This document shows, one piece after another, positions 58,019 through 64,000 of a stretch of DNA of 64,000 bases. Source of the stretch: Candidatus Zixiibacteriota bacterium (lineage in GTDB: Bacteria; Zixibacteria; MSB-5A5; UBA10806; 4484-95); NCBI GenBank assembly GCA_037441845.1, contig JBBIRK010000008.1:1-64000 (forward strand), given 5' to 3'. Position 1 is the stretch's first letter; each line of letters begins with the position of its first letter. The position numbers were made by a program, and so were the translations under genes. The notes beneath the pieces were generated by a model, which saw only the letters and a list, made by a program, of their open reading frames with translations, was not told where the DNA came from and made no database searches.

Positions 58019-59422
58019 TCAACCTCGGCCGTCGATCAGGTGCGGCAGCGGAAGTTCGATCGTAAAATTGCTTCCTTCGCCTGGCCTGCTTTCCACCTCG
58101 ATTCTACCGTCATGCGCCAAAACAATATGTTTTACTATCGCCAGACCCAGTCCGGTTCCACCGCCCTTGCGGCTTCTCGACTTGTCGACACGGTAAAATC
58201 GTTCGAAAAGACGGGGGATATGGCTTTTTTCGATTCCGCAGCCATTGTCGATTACGCTGATTCTGAGCGTTTTTGCTTCGGTCGTGCAATTCACCCTCAC
58301 CGATTTGCCGGGATCGCTGTATTTTATGGCGTTATCGATAAGATTGACCAGCGCTTGTTCGAGCAGGGCCGAATTTATCTTTGCCATCGGGTCGCCGACG
58401 CTCTGGAATTCGATCGTGATATTTTTTTCCTTGGCTTTCAGATCACAAGTATTGACGGCCGCCTGGATGACGGGGGTGATTCTGTCCACGGCAAGCGAGA
58501 TCTCGCCTCTTTCGGCCTCCCTTTCTATTCGTGAAAGGCTGAGAAGGTCTTCGATAATGGCGTTCAGCCTGTCGGCCTGCCTCGATATTATTTCCAGAAA
58601 ACGGCGGGCATCCTCGGGACTATCGATCGCACCGTCGATGAGGGTTTCGATAAATCCTTTTATCGAGGTTATCGGCGTCTTGAGTTCGTGGGAAACATTG
58701 GCCACGAAATCCTTGCGCACATTCTCGAGCCTGCGCAGGTGCGTGACATCGTTCAATACGATCAAATTTCCCAGCCTATCGCCGCCGCTTTCACGCAAGG
58801 GCGCGATGTACATATCGAAGAAGCGATCGCCGTCCGGGCCGTGCAAGACGATTTCCTCCTCCATCGCACGGTCTTCTGCTATCGATCGCGAAATCAAATT
58901 CTGCATAGGCGAATTACGGACTATTTCCTGGACATGGCGGCCCCGGGCATCTGAATCGATCAAGCCGAACATCTGAGCCGCCGCCCGATTGATATTGATG
59001 ATCCGTTCGTCCATATCGATGGCTATTATCCCCTCGATCAGACTGCTCATCACCGCGTTCTGCTCGATTTCCCTTTTCTCCAGTTGACTGATTTTAGTTT
59101 CGATCTCTTCCATCAACCGATTGAGCCTAGCGGCCGTCGGTTCGATTTCGAGAAGCCCGCCGGAACTTGCGCGCGCCGCGAAATCACCGGTCAAGGCATG
59201 CTCGATCGCGGAGTCCAAACCCGCGACCCCTCTTTTCAATTTCGATTTCAGGAGTTGTGCGGTCAGGAAGGCGGTAAGCAAAAGAAAAAGATTCAGAACC
59301 ACAATCAGCGGCGGCGTCACAGTCTTGCTGGTAAAAAGAGTGATTACGACTATTAAAATAGCGAGTTCGAGAACGACAACCAAGACCGCGAATAGAAACC
59401 AAAATACCGATCTGCTGTTCAG
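58019..59422 (-). CDS. phoR: Phosphate regulon sensor kinase (probable CTG start)
   Basis: TM-HAMP-PAS, FVANVSHELKTP, NLIDNAIKY, DNGCGI, GGTGLGL. Confidence 0.9.
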   Translation of the reverse strand: MNSRSVFWFLFAVLVVVLELAILIVVITLFTSKTVTPPLIVVLNLFLLLTAFLTAQLLKSKLKRGVAGLDSAIEHALTGDFAARASSGGLLEIEPTAARLNRLMEEIETKISQLEKREIEQNAVMSSLIEGIIAIDMDERIININRAAAQMFGLIDSDARGRHVQEIVRNSPMQNLISRSIAEDRAMEEEIVLHGPDGDRFFDMYIAPLRESGGDRLGNLIVLNDVTHLRRLENVRKDFVANVSHELKTPITSIKGFIETLIDGAIDSPEDARRFLEIISRQADRLNAIIEDLLSLSRIEREAERGEISLAVDRITPVIQAAVNTCDLKAKEKNITIEFQSVGDPMAKINSALLEQALVNLIDNAIKYSDPGKSVRVNCTTEAKTLRISVIDNGCGIEKSHIPRLFERFYRVDKSRSRKGGGTGLGLAIVKHIVLAHDGRIEVESRPGEGSNFTIELPLPHLIDGRG

Positions 59423-59423
59423 C

Positions 59424-60119
59424 TTAAAGCTCCTTGAAACGGTAGCCGACGCCCCTCACGGTTTCGATATACTTGGCATAGGAGCCCAGTTTTTTCCTCA
59501 GCCCCACTACTTGGACATCTATCGATCGGTCGGTAACCGGGTAATCTTCGCCTTTGATCGCATTTACGATCTGATAGCGCGTAAACACCCAACCCGGACG
59601 GCCGGCCAAAAAATGCAACAGGCGGAATTCGCTCAATGTCAACTCTAACCGTTTGCCTTTGATCGAAACCTCGTGGCGCCCCGGGTGGATGATCAAATCA
59701 TCGATCTTTATTGGGGTATCGGGATCGAAATTGGTCTTGGCCTTGCGCCGGAGTATCGCCCTCACTCTGGCGATGAGTATTCGTGGGCTGAACGGCTTGG
59801 TTATATAATCATCGGCACCCAGCTCCAGTCCGGCGACGATATCGGCTTCCTCGCCCCGGGCGGTGAGCATTATAAGCGGCACATGCGCCGTTTTGGAATC
59901 GCCGCGCAACTGCCGGCAAACCTCGAAACCGTCGATTCCCGGCAGCATCAAATCGAGGATAATCAAATCCGGCGGATTGGCTTTGGCCCTACGCAATCCA
60001 TCCTCGCCGCTGATAGCGCCGGTAAAATCGAACCCCTCTTTGAGAAGATTGTATCTTATCAATTCGAGAATATCCTCGTCATCTTCAATGGCCAAAATGG
60101 TCTGTTTGGGCAAAATCAC
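59424..60119 (-). CDS. phoB: Phosphate regulon response regulator (OmpR family)
   Basis: EDDE, LDLMLP, GADDYITKPFS, IETVRGVGY; next to phoR and pst. Confidence 0.85.
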   Translation of the reverse strand: MILPKQTILAIEDDEDILELIRYNLLKEGFDFTGAISGEDGLRRAKANPPDLIILDLMLPGIDGFEVCRQLRGDSKTAHVPLIMLTARGEEADIVAGLELGADDYITKPFSPRILIARVRAILRRKAKTNFDPDTPIKIDDLIIHPGRHEVSIKGKRLELTLSEFRLLHFLAGRPGWVFTRYQIVNAIKGEDYPVTDRSIDVQVVGLRKKLGSYAKYIETVRGVGYRFKEL

Positions 60120-60373
60120 CTCCGCGAATTATGAAATTTCCATGCCCAATTGTCCGACTTTAGCGTTAGGGTACGATTAGGAATTCGCAAGATTCTCATT
60201 TCCATTTTTTGGGGCCGGCCGGTAATTTCCCGCTATTGTTATTATTAAATAAAGTCGGCATCAAGAGAAAGTTTCGGCCGAATGTCACTTCGGTCGATCG
60301 CCGCAATTGACATCGCCGTCACCCGCGGTTATTTATCACTATATGTTGCGTCATCTCAGAGGTGAACCGATAA

Positions 60374-61024
60374 ATGCCGAGAACTAAATCGAGCAAAATC
60401 GCCGAGTTGGAGAAACTTCCGCATTATCTGAAAGAATGCGAAAAATACGCTGGCAAATGGGCCGCCGCTTATTTCGGCAACGACCACCCGCTGGTGATCG
60501 AGCTGGGCTGCGGAAAAGGTGAATATGCCAATTGGCTGGCCCGGCTTTTCCCGCACAAAAATTTCATCGGCATCGATATAAAGGGGGCGCGTCTGTGGCG
60601 GGCGGCCGGTGATTCGGCGACCCTGGGATTGACCAATGTCGTGTTCATCCGAGCCCGGGCCGAGCAAATCGATCGCCTGTTCGGTCCGGCGGAAATCGAC
60701 GAAATCTGGCTTCCGTTCCCCGATCCTTTCCCTAAAAGGAGGCATGTTTCCAAGCGGATGACCACACCCGATTTCTTGCGCCGCTATCGCCGAATTTTGC
60801 GACCGGGCGGAAAGTTGCATCTGAAAACCGATGATGCAGGGATGTTCGATTTCACCCGTGAGATGTTGTTGCGGGAAGGTTGGAAAATAAACGTATTCGT
60901 TCCTGATCTGCACGGGTCGGGCGTCGTCGATGAGGTGATCGGATTTCGGACCGACTACGAACGGCGGCATCTGGCCGAGGGGAAAACCATCGGCTATCTA
61001 TCGGCATTGCCGCCGGAAAAGTGA
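60374..61024 (+). CDS. trmB: tRNA (guanine-N7)-methyltransferase
   Basis: ELGCGKG, GIDIKGARLW, FPDPFPK, KTD, TDYE. Confidence 0.92.
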   Translation: MPRTKSSKIAELEKLPHYLKECEKYAGKWAAAYFGNDHPLVIELGCGKGEYANWLARLFPHKNFIGIDIKGARLWRAAGDSATLGLTNVVFIRARAEQIDRLFGPAEIDEIWLPFPDPFPKRRHVSKRMTTPDFLRRYRRILRPGGKLHLKTDDAGMFDFTREMLLREGWKINVFVPDLHGSGVVDEVIGFRTDYERRHLAEGKTIGYLSALPPEK

Positions 61025-61070
61025 TCGAACGGCAGGATTTTCATTTTCGCGGCGGCCGCTGAAAAGGTAT

Positions 61071-61099
61071 TTGACCTATCCGCTTCGGTTAGTTATAGT
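61071..61099 (+). promoter_or_regulatory. Sigma-70-type promoter
   Basis: TTGACC-N17-TATAGT. Confidence 0.55.
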
Positions 61100-61146
61100 C
61101 TCGTCGAAAGACAACTTATTTGAACATTATTATGGGGGTAAAACCA

Positions 61147-62763
61147 ATGGATAATATATGCTACTGCGGACGAGACGTTAATCTTCCCCACGATTTCGAG
61201 CATTGCCTTTTTCACGCCCCGAAAGAAAAGAAGGGGATGGATGTGGAAAAGTTCAATGAGAAGATATATGAGCAAATAAGGGACGGCGATTTTAATTTTA
61301 GAGGCTACGTCTTTCCGGGGAATATCGATTTTACAGGACACGACTCCATCAGCGTGCTGTCTAATGCCGATTTTCATGAAGCGGAATTTCATGACGCAGT
61401 GAATTTTTCTAACGCGAATTTTGATAATTACGCGAATTTTGAACAGACCCACTTCCATGGTGTTGTTTATTTTTGTAAAGCAAAATTTCATGACGCTGTG
61501 AATTTTAACGATGCGAAGTTTGATTATAACGCCGAATTTGCCGATGCCCGCTTTGAGGGCCGAGCCAGGTTTCAAAAGACGGTATTCGATAACGCGGAAT
61601 TTACGGGAGCGCAATTTGCGAAAGATGTCGATTTCGCGGGAGCGTCATTCAAATACGTTAGTTTCAGTTATGTCAGATTTTCAAATTACACGTCATTCAA
61701 AAGCACTAATTTTTCGCAAGAGACCTATTTCTTAAATACAACGTTTTCGACCTACGCCGAATTTCTTGAAGCGAGTTTCTCGGGCTCAACTATTTTCGGG
61801 GGTTGCCGATTCGAAGGGCGCGTCGTTTTTGAAAAGATAACCGTAACGGAAGACTCATTGCTGAGATTCAGCAGAATTAATATCGGTGCCGATTCCTCTT
61901 TCGAGTTGTCCTCTCCTGAAAACAAAAAAAATAGCGGTTCAATCATCCTTTTCGATCAAGCCATATTCCGCGAATACAGCACGATTTTCAAAAACACGAT
62001 TTCCGCCCCCGACGGCCTGACCATCCTATTCCGGCATTGCCAGCTGAAAGATGTTTATTTCATCGGTTGCGACCTTTCCGCTTCTTCGTTCTACACGAGC
62101 AATTTCGATCAAGCCAGATTCCATTCCAACAAATGGGGTTCTTCCGCCGGGAACGAAAGAAAACTTATAGAGGAAACTTGGTTCGAACAGCGCGAAAAGC
62201 TTAATGAAGAAGAAAGAAGAATATTCGATGAAAAATATCGGATTGCGAGCCTAATCTCAAGAAGAGAGATCGCCGCCATCTACCGCCGCCTGAAAGCGGC
62301 CCACGACTACACCAAGGATTTCCCCGAAGCCGGCCATTTTTATTATAACGAATGCGAGACTATCCGTAGATATTTTCTTCACGAAGACAAAGGATTCATA
62401 TCCAGATGCCGGGCCGGACTATATGCCGTTTACAATTTAATCGCCGGCTATGGGGAAAGACCGCTGCGGGCGGCTTGTTGGCTGGGTGGTTCCTTGATAC
62501 TTTTCGCTGCACTCAATTACCTCATCGGTATCGAAAAGCTGGATCGCGCCGGCAACAGCCTCGGAATCGTCAGAAACGCTTCGGACGTAATCACGTTCAC
62601 GGTCATGCGCGTAATCCCGATGAGCCTTTTCCCGTTCCAGAGAAACGCCTACGAGCCGAACGGACTTTTCGCATTGATGATAGCCTTGCTGAACTCGCTG
62701 ATACCTCTGGTTTTGATCACTTTCATCCTACTCGGCCTCAAACGTCGATTCAGGCGCTATTGA
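61147..62763 (+). CDS. Pentapeptide-repeat protein with C-terminal membrane domain
   Basis: Repeats A.F..A.F (10-11 aa period), CLFH N-terminus, GYGERP followed by TM helices. Confidence 0.8.
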   Translation: MDNICYCGRDVNLPHDFEHCLFHAPKEKKGMDVEKFNEKIYEQIRDGDFNFRGYVFPGNIDFTGHDSISVLSNADFHEAEFHDAVNFSNANFDNYANFEQTHFHGVVYFCKAKFHDAVNFNDAKFDYNAEFADARFEGRARFQKTVFDNAEFTGAQFAKDVDFAGASFKYVSFSYVRFSNYTSFKSTNFSQETYFLNTTFSTYAEFLEASFSGSTIFGGCRFEGRVVFEKITVTEDSLLRFSRINIGADSSFELSSPENKKNSGSIILFDQAIFREYSTIFKNTISAPDGLTILFRHCQLKDVYFIGCDLSASSFYTSNFDQARFHSNKWGSSAGNERKLIEETWFEQREKLNEEERRIFDEKYRIASLISRREIAAIYRRLKAAHDYTKDFPEAGHFYYNECETIRRYFLHEDKGFISRCRAGLYAVYNLIAGYGERPLRAACWLGGSLILFAALNYLIGIEKLDRAGNSLGIVRNASDVITFTVMRVIPMSLFPFQRNAYEPNGLFALMIALLNSLIPLVLITFILLGLKRRFRRY

Positions 62764-62854
62764 AATCCCTCCCGTAAGGTTGACTTGTCTTAAGAGAATG
62801 CCCCTTTTTCTCGGTATAGAAATGTTGATCCGAGAACCGCTATCGGCCGGGCCG

Positions 62855-64000
<1,146 letters not shown>

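Overview
64-kb chromosomal segment of a diderm bacterium. The repeated Cys-bearing dockerin-like C-termini resemble those of candidate phylum Zixibacteria; this is an inference, not tested. Mostly housekeeping genes: tRNA-Asn, an archaeal-type gatD, a pckA-fba-pgi-glgP carbon cluster, glnA, secA, motAB, a complete phoBR-porin-pstSCAB-phoU locus, trmB and partial gyrB. Accessory content: (i) four secreted proteins with unrelated cargo (metallopeptidase, Cys-rich adhesin-like protein, ComEC-like nuclease, FN3 protein) sharing a dockerin-like tail; (ii) a glnA-ACP-acyl ligase-NadE-like-polysaccharide deacetylase cluster next to two catalytically degenerate polysaccharide enzymes; (iii) a lone integron gene cassette with an intact-looking 60-bp attC between a promoter and secA, with no integrase in the window; (iv) a ~180-nt structured ncRNA candidate (6S-like); (v) degenerate signalling proteins and non-canonical starts. 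All calls are from motif recognition by eye; no searches were run.
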